Source: Bigelowiella natans CCMP2755
Taxonomy: Eukaryota; Protista; Cercozoa
DNA: 64,000 bases
Direction: 5' to 3'
NCBI GenBank assembly: GCA_000320545.1
Contig: ADNK01003372.1
Location: 38,887 to 102,886 of the forward strand
Notes under the pieces: model-generated
Seen by the model: the letters and a program-made list of their open reading frames with translations, nothing else
Database searches by the model: none
Told to the model about the DNA's origin: nothing
Shown here: positions 28,348-41,036 of the stretch, in pieces
How the letters are laid out: each line of letters starts with the position of its first letter
Numbering within the stretch: the stretch's first letter is position 1
Program-made: the position numbers and the translations under genes

Positions 28348-28944
28348 GATTGATACACGCTTCTTATTTTGTGTTCAACACTTTGTTTGATTGTTAGTCC
28401 TACAGGCTGTGGTTCTTCTTCGTCCTTGCAGTAGAGCTATCCGTCTTGTGTTATCCTGCGAGAATGAGCGTCGACGTGCAGCAGGAGAAAGAACTTGTGG
28501 TTCCTCACAATTTTAAGATTTTAGTAACCAGGAAATGTGCCATGCGCATTCCAAAATGCTTCCCCTCATCACTTGCGTCAATAATATTACATCTAAATTC
28601 TAGTTTCTACAAAGGCATTTGAGCTGGTTCGACAAACAAACGTCGATCTCACGATTTGAGCGGCTCTCTTGCTTGCCCGTCGTTGGTTTACTACGAATGT
28701 AGAGAAATCCCGACCTTTATTCATCTACGACACTAAATCCAATGCTTACATGTCTAAAAATTCTCGATTACTCCACACAGGATATGTGCCGCCGGTAGAC
28801 GTTACTACCGGAAACAAAGTAGGCATTCCCCCATCACGGAATCCAAACTCCACTTCTCGGATCCCACGCTTCATGTCAAGTAAGTATTCCCCCATCACGG
28901 AATCCAAACTCCACTTCTCGGATCCCACTCTTCATGTCATCAAG

Positions 28945-29740
28945 CTAGTTCGAGGCACTGCGTTTCGCACACTGCCAATGTCTTGCAACATTTTGGAAGT
29001 GCAGTTCATCATCATTGTTCATTGTTCACTGTCAAGAATTTGCGATGTGGAGAATGGCTTGTCGCAGGCACATTCGTTCAAGAATGCAGTTTGTCAGCCA
29101 CATTGCTGCGTCCTCACTGAAGACAGTTGGAGGCACTGCATTTCGCACACTGCAAGTGTCACGTCACACTTTGGAGATGCAGTTTTTCATCGTGTTTGTT
29201 CTCATTGTTTGTCACACTTTCGAAGTGTGGTTTTTCACCATTGTTCTCATTGTTCTCATTGCTGCGTTGTGGCCAGAACACCAATCTCAAATTCAATTGT
29301 CTCAAATTCCTCCTGGTTTCTCGACAGTGGTGGTGTGCGCGTGGTGTGACTGCGTGCTCACACGTGCGACGACCTTCCATTTGTCCTTCCGTCGTGCCCA
29401 ACTGGCCAATCTGGCAATGCAAGTGAGCCACTGTGGACACAGTGTGCACACTGCTCAGTCTGTTGCAGCCACAGAGAAGAAACCTGTGGACCGCAAACCC
29501 TTTTCGATCGTGCTGCCACCTGGCCATGCTGGCATGCACGCCTGGCTGTCTTGACCTCCAAACCTGGTCATCGATCAAGCGTGCGTGCGTGCTCAGACAC
29601 CAAATCGTCAACTTGCACAGTCAGCGTGTGGCAGTGTCCATTTTGGCAATGAACAATGAACAATGAACAATGATGATGAACCACACTTCCAAAGCATTGC
29701 AAGACATTTGCAGTGTGCGAAACGCAGTGCCTCGAACTAG
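28945..29740. mobile_element. MITE/non-autonomous TIR element, about 800 bp, with about 85-bp TIRs beginning CTAGTTCGAGGCACTGCGTTTCGCACACTG
   Basis: First 31 bp of the left arm match the reverse complement of the right arm exactly. Internal degenerate copies of the arm lie at about 29127-29260. No TA except the terminal CTAGs. Confidence 0.85.
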
Positions 29741-30419
29741 CACTGACTGCACGGATCGCGCACTCTGGCACTGCCTGTCCCGCCCAGCTAGCTATGTGTC
29801 TGACCTAGCCATGCTTGCGTCTCCAAAAACAAACAAATGCGCAATTTTTTGGGCTGTGGGGAGACACACGCCAACACGCATGCAACACCAACGCAGCAAT
29901 CGCTCAATTATTAGTGTTTCGCGGCAATCATTGCTTTGTCTTCATGAACTTTCATGGAAACATGCGTGTTTGCATGTTCATTGTGACACTGACGACATGG
30001 TTGTTGTCACTCTGTCTCTGTGGATTGCTAGCTAGCTAGGCCACACGTTGCAACAGATGCTCAATGCAACGCCTCGATCATCACAAGCAGCAATGTGTCA
30101 AGCAAAGTTTTGAACACTGTGTGTTGTGCACATCAGGATTCAATCGCATGGTGCATGTGGACACAGCAATCTAGCAATGTCATGTGCATGTGCCCATTGC
30201 ATGCATGGCATTGCAATGTCTTGTTATAGACACAGTGATGTCATGTGTACATTGCACATGTGGCATTGCAATGTCCATTGTGCACATTTGCATGTTGTGC
30301 ATCCACTTCATGGATCCATGAGCACTGTGTATCTAGACATTGACATGTGTGCGATCGACGACGCCTGCGATGATTTTTATTTGCGCGCACATGTCTCATT
30401 GGTGCGGTGGTTAAACTAT
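29741..30419. mobile_element. Second, partly TpA-erased repeat segment of island 4; related to island 7
   Basis: GCAATCTAGCAATGTCA occurs at 30166 and 61222. CATGCATGG(A)CATTG[CA/TG]ATGTCT is also shared. Scrambled TG/CA tracts. Confidence 0.55.
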
Positions 30420-30961
30420 TCAATTATTTCCAAAGTTTCTATGCATGAATCTAGGCCATCGTTGTGATCATCATTACTTATTCCCATACCAGGGTCTTCA
30501 TTGTCATTCTCCATCAAGTCGCCAATATTTTGCTCAAACCAAAAATTTTGCACAGATTCAGCATCAATAATTTTACACCAGGCTTCATATGATGGAATTT
30601 GGTCTCGCCAGATAAAATTTAGCATGTCGCATGCCCTTCCTTCTGACTCGACAACTGCTGCTAGAAGTTCCCATATGCGCCTCAACATTACCATACTGGC
30701 GTCATTACTACTTTGATTATTAACTCTATTTGGAGGTGGCGAAGGTGATAGCTTGGGTGAGAATGTGGAATTGAAGATGCTGTTACCTTCCCCCTCTGGT
30801 AATATTGCTGACAGGATATCTGCATGAAGCATAGAGAGAGAGGGAATATCTCGCTCGATCACTCCCCTAAACAGCTACGAAATATCACATTCGGATTATA
30901 TTGTTAGCAACTACATAATACGATTTATTTGTATAAACATGGTTAGCAAGATGTATCAGTC

Positions 30962-30995
<34 letters not shown>

Positions 30996-31269
30996 TAGTA
31001 GTGGTAGTAGTAGTGGTAGTAGTAGTTGTAGTAGTAGTAGTATAGAACAGTAAATTAGAAGGCATCCTCTTTTCTCTTTATTCAAATGATGATATTCTTA
31101 TTTCTATACATGACGATAACTATAATATCATGCAGAAATTATGACTAAGCTAGAAACAATCGATTAATCCTCAATAATAGGGTAAAAGACAATGCCAAAA
31201 GTCAAAACATTGGCGCGTCATTCTACACACCCAGGAGATTCTGATTCTCTTTGCTTTTGTCATTATCAG

Positions 31270-31300
<31 letters not shown>

Positions 31301-32452
31301 ATTATTATTCAGTGCTGTTTGAGTGAGAGATGGTACTAGAATTTTGAGATATTGAAGGACCATCGTTCTGGCCCAATACAGTTGTGCATGGCGCAGGCGA
31401 CTGTTCCGTATCCATCCCCCAACCACGATAATTTTCCGCTCTCTCATTTGCCGTTCTGATTCGAATTCTTCTCTAATGTCTTCCACGCTACAGAAGTGGT
31501 TGGGTAGTTTTGAAGCTTGTGTATCGGCCATTATCACTTTCAAACGATGGTGTTGCCATTTTCTTCCACTAAACGGAGGAGCGAGGATTCGATATGGAAG
31601 ATGAAGAAGAAAAGAATATTATTCAACCGGTATCTGCAAGCATGAGGAAATGCAGCAGCGGCTATTGGAGGACCTGCTGATAGCGTTTAATTGTTTGCCT
31701 TTCTGGTTCTCCATCCACACGAGAGCACATAGAACATTTTTGAACTTTTTGTTTCCAATCCACAAATCAATGGCGCTGATGTGATGACAACGAATTTAAT
31801 GGAGAACGTGGAGAGGATGACATTATCGAAAATAACTCGCACTGATATAGTTAGTGTTCTGTTGTATTTTCTTGCTCTGTCTTCAAGTTGATCACTTGAT
31901 GATGCTTCTTTTAATAATTTACAGCTGCTAAGTGTCATGAAATTATAGCTCCGAGCAGGTGAGTAAGTTGTTGCATATGTTTCATAATGGAGGATGAGAG
32001 GAGGATGTGTGCGTGTCTCCTCGTTGAAAGTGATTTTTATTGCATACTGTTCCATAATATTATTTGAGAATTTTTTTTTCATAACCTGTGCAGATCATAT
32101 TTTCCAACGAAGAATCTTGCAAGATTGTAGATATCTCCATCGGCGATATCGTCTGGATCTTTCTTCACGCCGACCTATCGACCGAACAACTTGAAATAAT
32201 GTACACATCGTATATGCAAATGTTTGCGCTTCCTTCCCGTCTTCCTCCCTCCCTTCCTTCCTGCCTTCCTCATATTCGGTCTTCCATATTTGAAGCCTTA
32301 ATGTTTTCAACCTTGCTATGGTATCTCCCCTCTTTGCTGTTCATTCCCTTTTAAGTAAGGCTCTGATACGCTGCCACCCTCCTCCTCCTACTCTTTCTCC
32401 TCTCTTTATCGCCGTCCGTCTTCGTTGTACCTGGTGTTGCTGCCAATCAGGA

Positions 32453-32491
<39 letters not shown>

Positions 32492-32777
32492 GTCTCCTCC
32501 TTGTGTCTCGTACTTCATCATAATCGTGAAAGAGCACCGATGAATACGACGATGACTTAGGTCTACTATGTCTCACACCATAAAATGGATCCAATTTTGA
32601 ATAATAATAGCAAAAACAATGATAAAAATGTTAATAATTCCCAGTAGATTTAGATCTAGTAGACTAGGACCAAATCTGTTGACCTACTTCCACCACTTCT
32701 TTCTGCCGGAGGAGGAGGAGAAGGAGGAGGAGGAGGAGGAGGAGGAGGTTGCCAACGTGGATCTTCCCCCCTCGACG

Positions 32778-35700
32778 ATGGGGTGCAGCAGGGGATGCCC
32801 TCGCACTATATTTCAGGCACTGCCAACTTTGGCAATTATGATTGTTGTTTGGTGCCTGATCCTGGATGGATTGGCAGGGGGTGAGGCAATAACATCTAGA
32901 TCAATGTTATCAGTAGCCACATCTCGCCAAATGCGTCATCGCCTTTCTCAAAGAAAGGGGATAATTAGGGGGGGAGTCTCCTTAACACGACCGATAATAA
33001 CGACGACGACGACGACAAAAAAGGGGTTCCAATCTAGAATTTCCAACGGCCCCTCCATTCCCCGCACAGCCAGCGATTTCGTCGTAGCGCATGCGTATGA
33101 GGAGGGGCTCTCTTCTGGAAGTTTGGGTAGCACGACGATTCTGTCAGATGAGATGCACCTTTCTATGCTCGAGCCAACTGATCTCCTCCGCGGTCATCTA
33201 CCAAACGGCATGCAATATACCCTACTTAAGACACCGTGTGAGAAGGGAAACTGCGAGATCCATCTTCAGCTACACGTTGGCTCAATAGAAGAGGGGGACG
33301 GAGAGAATGGTCTCGCACATGTGCTGGAGCATGTAACTTTCGTTGGTTCGAAGCACAGGAAGGGCGTCCTCTCCCATAGCAGCGTGAGCGCCAATGCGCT
33401 GACCGATTTTCACCACACGGTGTACTTTGCAAAATGCCGGGATCATCATCGGAACCTAGACTACTCGTTGTCCTCGTCCTCCTCCTCATCATCATCCTCC
33501 TTGCTAGACAGAACACTGTGTGCTCTCTTTGATGTAGCTTTCCGCGCTAAGATCGATGAGGGTGTGTTGGCACGCGAAAAGGACGCTGTACTCTCTGAGA
33601 TTTCCATGCTTTCAACGGCTGACTACAGACTACGAATAGACCAACTATCTGACCTTCATAAAGAAACGATGCTACCATCTCGTATCCCTCTAGGCACCGT
33701 TGAATCTATCCGCAACCTATCTGCGGAGAGAGTAAGAGAATTCTACACGCAGTTTTACCAACCTAACCGTGCACATGTTTACATAGTTGGCGACATTGAC
33801 GTGTTGTCCACTAAGAAATCCTTGGAGCGAAGCATGTCCTCTACCGTTCCTTCCTCCTCCTCTTCACCTTTTCCTATTCCTTCATTTTCTTCCCCGTCGT
33901 CATACGCCTCCTCTTCTTCGTCATCCTCTTCTGCTTCTGGCAGTAGTAGTAGTAGTAGTGGTGGTGGTGGTGGTGGTGGTAGCACTACATACAAGCGATG
34001 GATAGAGCGCCCCCAGTACAACCACACTTTCTTTCGCACAGAAAGCAGGAAACCTCGCATAGTGCATCATGATCTCAGTAAGAATATTCATGTCGCCCTT
34101 GCAACCAAGACCCCACCCGCAATGTTGCAGAGATTGGGAGACGTTAGAACAGAATTTGTCCGGAGATTTGCTACGGGAGTCATTGAACGCCGTCTTAGCA
34201 GCCGTGTGCCAACAAGTCCTCCCAGCACAGATATCGATTTTCAGAACTCTCTTCGTACTGGAGAGGGGGTTGAAACGTTTGAACTGGAGATGCATGCTCC
34301 TGCAAAGGTAGGTAGGTAGGTGATAATCATGATGATGATGATGGTGATGATGATGATGATGATAATGTCTTCGTCTTGAGTCGTCTATAGGAAGGAGGAG
34401 GAAGAGGAGGGGGAGGAGGGGGAGGAGGAGTTTCTACTATTACAAACAACGACAATCACTAATTACTACTACAACTACTACTACTACTGCTACTAGTACT
34501 ACCACCACTACTGCTACAACGCTACACTAACTACTACAACTACTACTACTTCTGCTACTATCCAAAACAGATGCAACATTCTCGAAAATGTTTTTCTTCT
34601 TACGTTCCTTGTATTATTCCCACTTACTTCTTCGCAGAATATCGAAGCAATCTTGTCGAAATCCATCCGCACACTAAGCGAGCTGTATGTACACGGAGCT
34701 GACGATGACGAGATAAAGTTTCTTGCAACCGCGTATTACAAAGACGTGCAGAACGGCAAACAGTTGAGAGAGGGTGTCGATGATGTGGTTAGCAACCTAA
34801 TGGACTCGGAGCTACGCGGCGTGCCTTATGTGTCTACAAATCAGTTTTCGCAGCTTATCAGTGATATGTTCTTTGAGGAAGTGACTGTTGGAGAGGTGCA
34901 AGCAATGCTGAGATCAATTCTAGATCCATTCGTACGGTAGTAAAGAGGAGGAGGAGGAGGAGGAGGAGGAGGAGGAGGATGATGATCACAAAGATGATAT
35001 TAAGAAGAAGAAGAGGAAGAAGATGAATAGGAAGAAGAATGATGTACACTTATTTTATGTTTGTACTCTTGAGAAAGCAATCGGCATCTATAACCACAAT
35101 TATTTTCAATGAACGCTAATGAATAAACAACAACTATCAACTATTAGGTACAACAAACCTTCCAATGATAGTAGCAGCAATAATGGGATGATGACGACGA
35201 AATCATCATTGCCTTCTTCTTCATCACCATCATCATCATCATCATCACCGTTGGCACTCTCCCAGTTTCTAGTGAGTATACCTAGGAATATGATCGATTC
35301 TAATGACAAAGAAGACAGAAACAGCAGCAGCACCAATCCTCTATCCACTCCGGAGTATTATGAACAAATTGTGTACGACAGTGGTAGTAGTAGCAGCATG
35401 GTACTACCAAACGCTGTTGAACAAGAACAACAACAACATATGGATATATCTTCTTCTTCTTCTTCGTCTTCCTCGTCAAATACAGTCACCACTTTACTAG
35501 ACTTGGTCATGAACGAATTGGATTTTATGCATAAAGAGGATGATGGAAAGAATAACAACAACAACAACAACAACAACACTGCTCACATAGACGAGAAGTT
35601 CTCCGCGTTGTTAGTATTATTGACGGAAGAACAACGTGATAGGGTCAGAACGGCGGCAAAAAGGTATCCGTACGTGCGTGCGTGTGTCTATTATTAGTGA

Positions 35701-36282
35701 TACTAACATATTGATGGAAATGGCGGTGGACAATGAGGAGAGTGTTGTGTACGTCATTCATCTGTTTGAATGATACTGGGCAAAGTACTAAGTTGTTCTT
35801 CACCTTCTTCGTCTTCTCATCATCATTATTAGTAGCATCATCAGTTATCCTTCTGTTGTTTTACCTCCTATTAACTTCTCCCCATTTCTTCTTCTTCTCC
35901 TTCTTCTTCATCATTAATCCAATTATTATTATTCATAGAACTCTAGACGTTCTTCCTTGTTTCCTACTTTTTCCACCTTCCTTTTCACGTAGCACTAGCA
36001 CTAGCATAGTACTACAATGATGGTGTGATTTGATGGCACACACAACAACAACAAACAACAACAACAACAATAATAACACTAGTTTTTGGGAGCTACGAGA
36101 TGAGAACGATAGTCGTCATCTTCATCAAGGAGAAGAAGGGAAAGATGGAGAAGGTTGTGATATTTTGCAAGTGGAATAAGATATAAAAAGGGGCGGGATC
36201 ATGAGGGATTCGAGAACAGTGAAGGATATAATTGTAATTATCAACAAACAACTCTTTCAAATGAGAATATGTTTTTGCAATA

Positions 36283-36324
<42 letters not shown>

Positions 36325-36335
36325 ATCAAGCCCTC

Positions 36336-36377
<42 letters not shown>

Positions 36378-36564
36378 TCTAATTCTGTGTGTGTGCGTGT
36401 GTGTGGAGAAAGAGAAGTCGTGTTACATGTGTTTCAGTGCATTGAGTACAATTTTCCTCCCTTATCCATCGTCAATTGATAGAAATAGCCTTGGGGTGGG
36501 ACAAAATAGGCAAAACGAATCAAAGTGTCATCAGGTGGAGATATTAGCAGATTTAGATTATAAT

Positions 36565-36599
<35 letters not shown>

Positions 36600-37065
36600 T
36601 CTGGTTGACCATCAGAGATGTTCCCAGTGGTATTGTGATGAGACGCCTGAAGAATGGAATCAAACTCAATTACAAAAGGTATAATATTCTCATCATAACT
36701 GCACATTAGAATAATAATAATTACTATTAACATGTACTATGCAACTACTAGTGGTTTGAAGTAGTAGTAAGTTGAAAGTTGTGCACGGAGTGAGAGCAGC
36801 AGATTCTTCACTTTCCTTCTTTTTAGCCTATCCACCATAACAAGAAGATATTACTACTAGGCTGCTGCTCTTTGTTCCTTATTCTGTCTGAAATATGCAA
36901 TCTTCTTGGTCTTTTCAATCCGTTTTGTTCGTCATCGTCATCATATCTCTTTCTACAAATACTTGTACTTCAATAGCTTATCATCATCGGACATGGACGA
37001 AGTGCACAGAGGAGGAGAAGGAGGAGGTTTTAGTAATCATGCTATTTATCCTTGTAGTCTCTTAA

Positions 37066-37120
<55 letters not shown>

Positions 37121-37604
37121 TGTGTGTGCTATAGCGCATATGAGAGGATTCAATAGCGGCACACTTACTACTATGAGATTGTTGATCACTCTATACTATC
37201 TTCTTCTTCTTTTTCTTCTTCTTCTTTTCCCTATCGTCTTAGGAGGAGGAGCCGACGATTTTGAGTCTTGTTCGTCTTTTATATTGGAAGCATCTGCACC
37301 CGGAGGCTTATATCATGAAACGTTGGAAGTAGTATTGTTAGAATAGCAATCATCATCATATAGAGATAAAGAATAACAACAACAACAAGAAGAAGAAACA
37401 GATCAAACTATATGATAACTATACACGAATGATGACAATGACAATAAACATCACTCACCGCAATTAACCAAACTGAAGCTTTTGTTTGTTGCATTGCATT
37501 CCCTTGATGCGTGGTGCTGTACGTTCAGAATCCTTGTGCAATACGGCTAGGATCGACGGTAAGTACTTTACGGACTAAACACTACTAGTAAACACTGTGT
37601 GCTT

Positions 37605-37639
<35 letters not shown>

Positions 37640-38301
37640 ACAGGCTCATTTTGTTTCATTTGCACAACGACTGTTATTACTATCAGTATCTATACGTCGT
37701 TATGCGTGTAGAAAGCAACCATACACGCAGCACTTCTATATGATGCAACATCATCCAGCAAACACACCATACATATACTCAATAATATTTGATTTCAAGT
37801 TTGTTACTACACATGGCCACCGTGAAAGACTTTATGTTTCTCCTCCTCTTCCTCAGGCCATCCAGACTGATAACAACATTAAATTTGGTGGCAAATCTCT
37901 TAAAAGTGAGTGAGTAGTCGCTCTACCGATCCACCTCCCTCCCCATAAACGAAGAAAGCAATGGGGACTTCAAGAAGATCAATATTTTGTGGATGATGAT
38001 GATGATGATCATGATCATGATGATGTCACATGTACACACGTGCTGCCATTGGGCTAATTTGTACTTATGATTTTGGATATTTTATGCTCCTCCCCCCTTA
38101 TATACACATGGTTGTTTGTTGATATTGAATACTTGTGGTATTACTAATAAACGATATCTTTCTACTACATACGGAAACATCAACCAGCAATTGAGGACTT
38201 CTTTCTTGCAATGGGCATGAACTTATCAACAACAATGGAGGCAGAAGACTTCCGCATATCAGTCTCCGGGCAATTCAACAAGATTCAGTATGCATTTCAG
38301 G

Positions 38302-38338
<37 letters not shown>

Positions 38339-39067
38339 AAATAAAATGATGACAATAATTATGATGGATAATGATAAAGATACAATAAAAGAAGATGACA
38401 TATTATCATTATTACCAAATAATTATCAACTAGTTATAGTAGTGGGATAATACTACAATATATCTGCTGTCCGCATCGACCCCATTTATGTGATTGATTG
38501 CGTCATTTTTAGGAGCGAGTAACTTGCTTATCAAACTTTGTGTGTGTGTGTGTGTGTAAGTTGTGAGATGTTGATGATTGTTCTCTCCTCTTAGTTCTTG
38601 CATATGGTCATGGATGGTGTGGAGCTGACAGAAGAGAGTATACTTCAAGCAAAAGAAGCATGGGGCGCACAGTAATCTATTGTATTTTTAAGTAGTTGTA
38701 GCAATAGCAGCAATAGCACCAGCCATTTTGTTTGTATTGCTATTAACGTGATTCTCTGTTGGTTTTTCTTGTAACGTAGTAATGTGTATTGTTCGTATTG
38801 ATCCATTGTTGTTGTTGTTGTTGTTTCTAAGGTATGATTATGGGCGATCGGAGTTGTCGGTCCTTGCAATGGATTCTCTCTGTGGTAATATAATATGTGT
38901 ACTATCAACCAACACCAGATAGTACCATAGCAGAAAGTGTGTACGTACTCTATGAGATGAATTACCAGAATAATAATCATATAGTAGTAGAGATTGTTAT
39001 TAAAGCAGAGCAGTAGTAGTAGTAGTAGTAGTAGAAGTAGTAGTAAAATGACGACAGTGTAGATATG

Positions 39068-39110
<43 letters not shown>

Positions 39111-39361
39111 TACAGCAAGTGGTAGTTATAGACATGTCTCATGGTGTCTCTCCCTTCTTACAGCAAGTGGTAGTTATATTCTTCAATGCTGTAGGTATAC
39201 ATTTAAACCAACATTAAGATGATAATGCTGCTACTATTTGGTAGATGTGATTAGCAATGGAGACCCTCGTGTAGCCCTCCCTTCTCCAGAAATTGTACAA
39301 CCTCTTACAAGGAACGTAGTAGAGGCAGAGATGGAAGAGTTACTCGCGCCTTCAAATATGG

Positions 39362-39397
<36 letters not shown>

Positions 39398-39677
39398 AAC
39401 TGCTGCTGCTGCTGCTGCTGCTACTACTACTATATTACTACTTTTAGTACTACTAGCACTAGTAGTACAAATTACAACCGTTCATTTGATGATAACTAAA
39501 TCTAAAGTAGTATACATATATAAGCTTCTTGCTACTACTACTATATGATTAGCGATAGCAGCTGCTCGATTACCATCTTCTCAATGACATCAACATTTAC
39601 TACTACTACTACTACTACTACTACTACCTTGTCTGATGCTGCGGTTCTTCTTTTACCCCCCCCTCCCCCTTTCTCTG

Positions 39678-39723
<46 letters not shown>

Positions 39724-40035
39724 GCTCTCTCTCTTCTAGGAGGTACAAATTGTAGGAAGAAATCTCGATGAAAAGGCACTGGAGGAATACGCACAGGTAG
39801 TACGTACATAGTGATGATGATGGGTAACTAGCATCATCACATGATCATGTGCTTTCTCATCACCATCATCGTTATTCACCATCGTTATTCATCATCGTTA
39901 TTCACCATCATTCTACTCATCATTTTTATGTTTCTTTGTGATCATGATTAATTGAGTAGTTCTTGCTACCACCATTTGCTTGTTGCTGCTTTGCTGCTGG
40001 CATTTAATCATTCATTCTCTTATACTCTACTACTG

Positions 40036-40068
<33 letters not shown>

Positions 40069-40419
40069 GATTTACCTGGGGTCTGTCAAAGAGCGTTATC
40101 AGAAAAGACGCCATTATGTAGATCCGTCCTTCAACAAGGTGGTTGTGATCATGATGATGATGATGATGATGATGATGATCATAATGATGATATTCTTGGT
40201 AAAGGCGATAAGAACAACAACAGATAGAAAGAGAGCACAGCACCACCAACACACAAAACACAAACACACACACACACACCGCAAAATGTAGATATATGTA
40301 ATGTCCATCATGTTTAATTACTGCTTGCATGCAGATTCTACCGGATACAACGAGAAGATCGCAAGTCAATTTTGTTCAGGACGTCAGAGAGTGAGGAGAC
40401 CCCATAGCTAATCATGATT

Positions 40420-40454
<35 letters not shown>

Positions 40455-41001
40455 AGTTACCCAGGCCAAGTAAAACAGTAATAACAACAACAACACACAA
40501 ATCATTTATAGTACTTGCTTCTTACCGTTTGTACACCATCATCGTCACTCGTAGCACATGATAATAATAATAATAATTAATAAAGTGTAATAATATGTCT
40601 GAATTACATTCAACTGATGAATGAATGCAGAATCATACAGTGAAGAAGTGAGAAAGAAAGAGGAGAAGAAGAAGAAGAAGAAGAAGAAAACAGCATATTT
40701 GTGATTTTTGATTTTTCCCGCTCGACGTTCTCTGTAAGCGAGTCATTGCTTCTTGCATAGTAGTAGTAGTAGTAGTAGTAAGTAGTAGTAGTAGTGTAAA
40801 TAGTAGCAGCTAAGGTTTCCAGATTACGATAATAGTGAATGATTAGCAGTGTAATATTCTTATCATCATTTAAATGCATCATGGGCCAAAAAAAGACGAG
40901 CTGCTGTGGTTTTGGGACAGATCGGGCCAAATATGAATGGTAGTACTACAACTACTAGTAGTAAGAGCCAAATCCAACAATAAATCAACAACAAAATCAA
41001 C

Positions 41002-41036
<35 letters not shown>

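Larger units (their letters stand above)
28505..32150 (-). pseudogene. Unknown multi-exon gene apparently interrupted by the island-4 insertion and a 61-bp duplication
   Basis: Protein-like exons at 31687-32150, 31223-31560, 30420-30862 and 28750-28940. Removing 28944-30419 plus one TCAA restores in-frame LEIIDDMKSGIREVEFGFRDGG. Confidence 0.45.
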
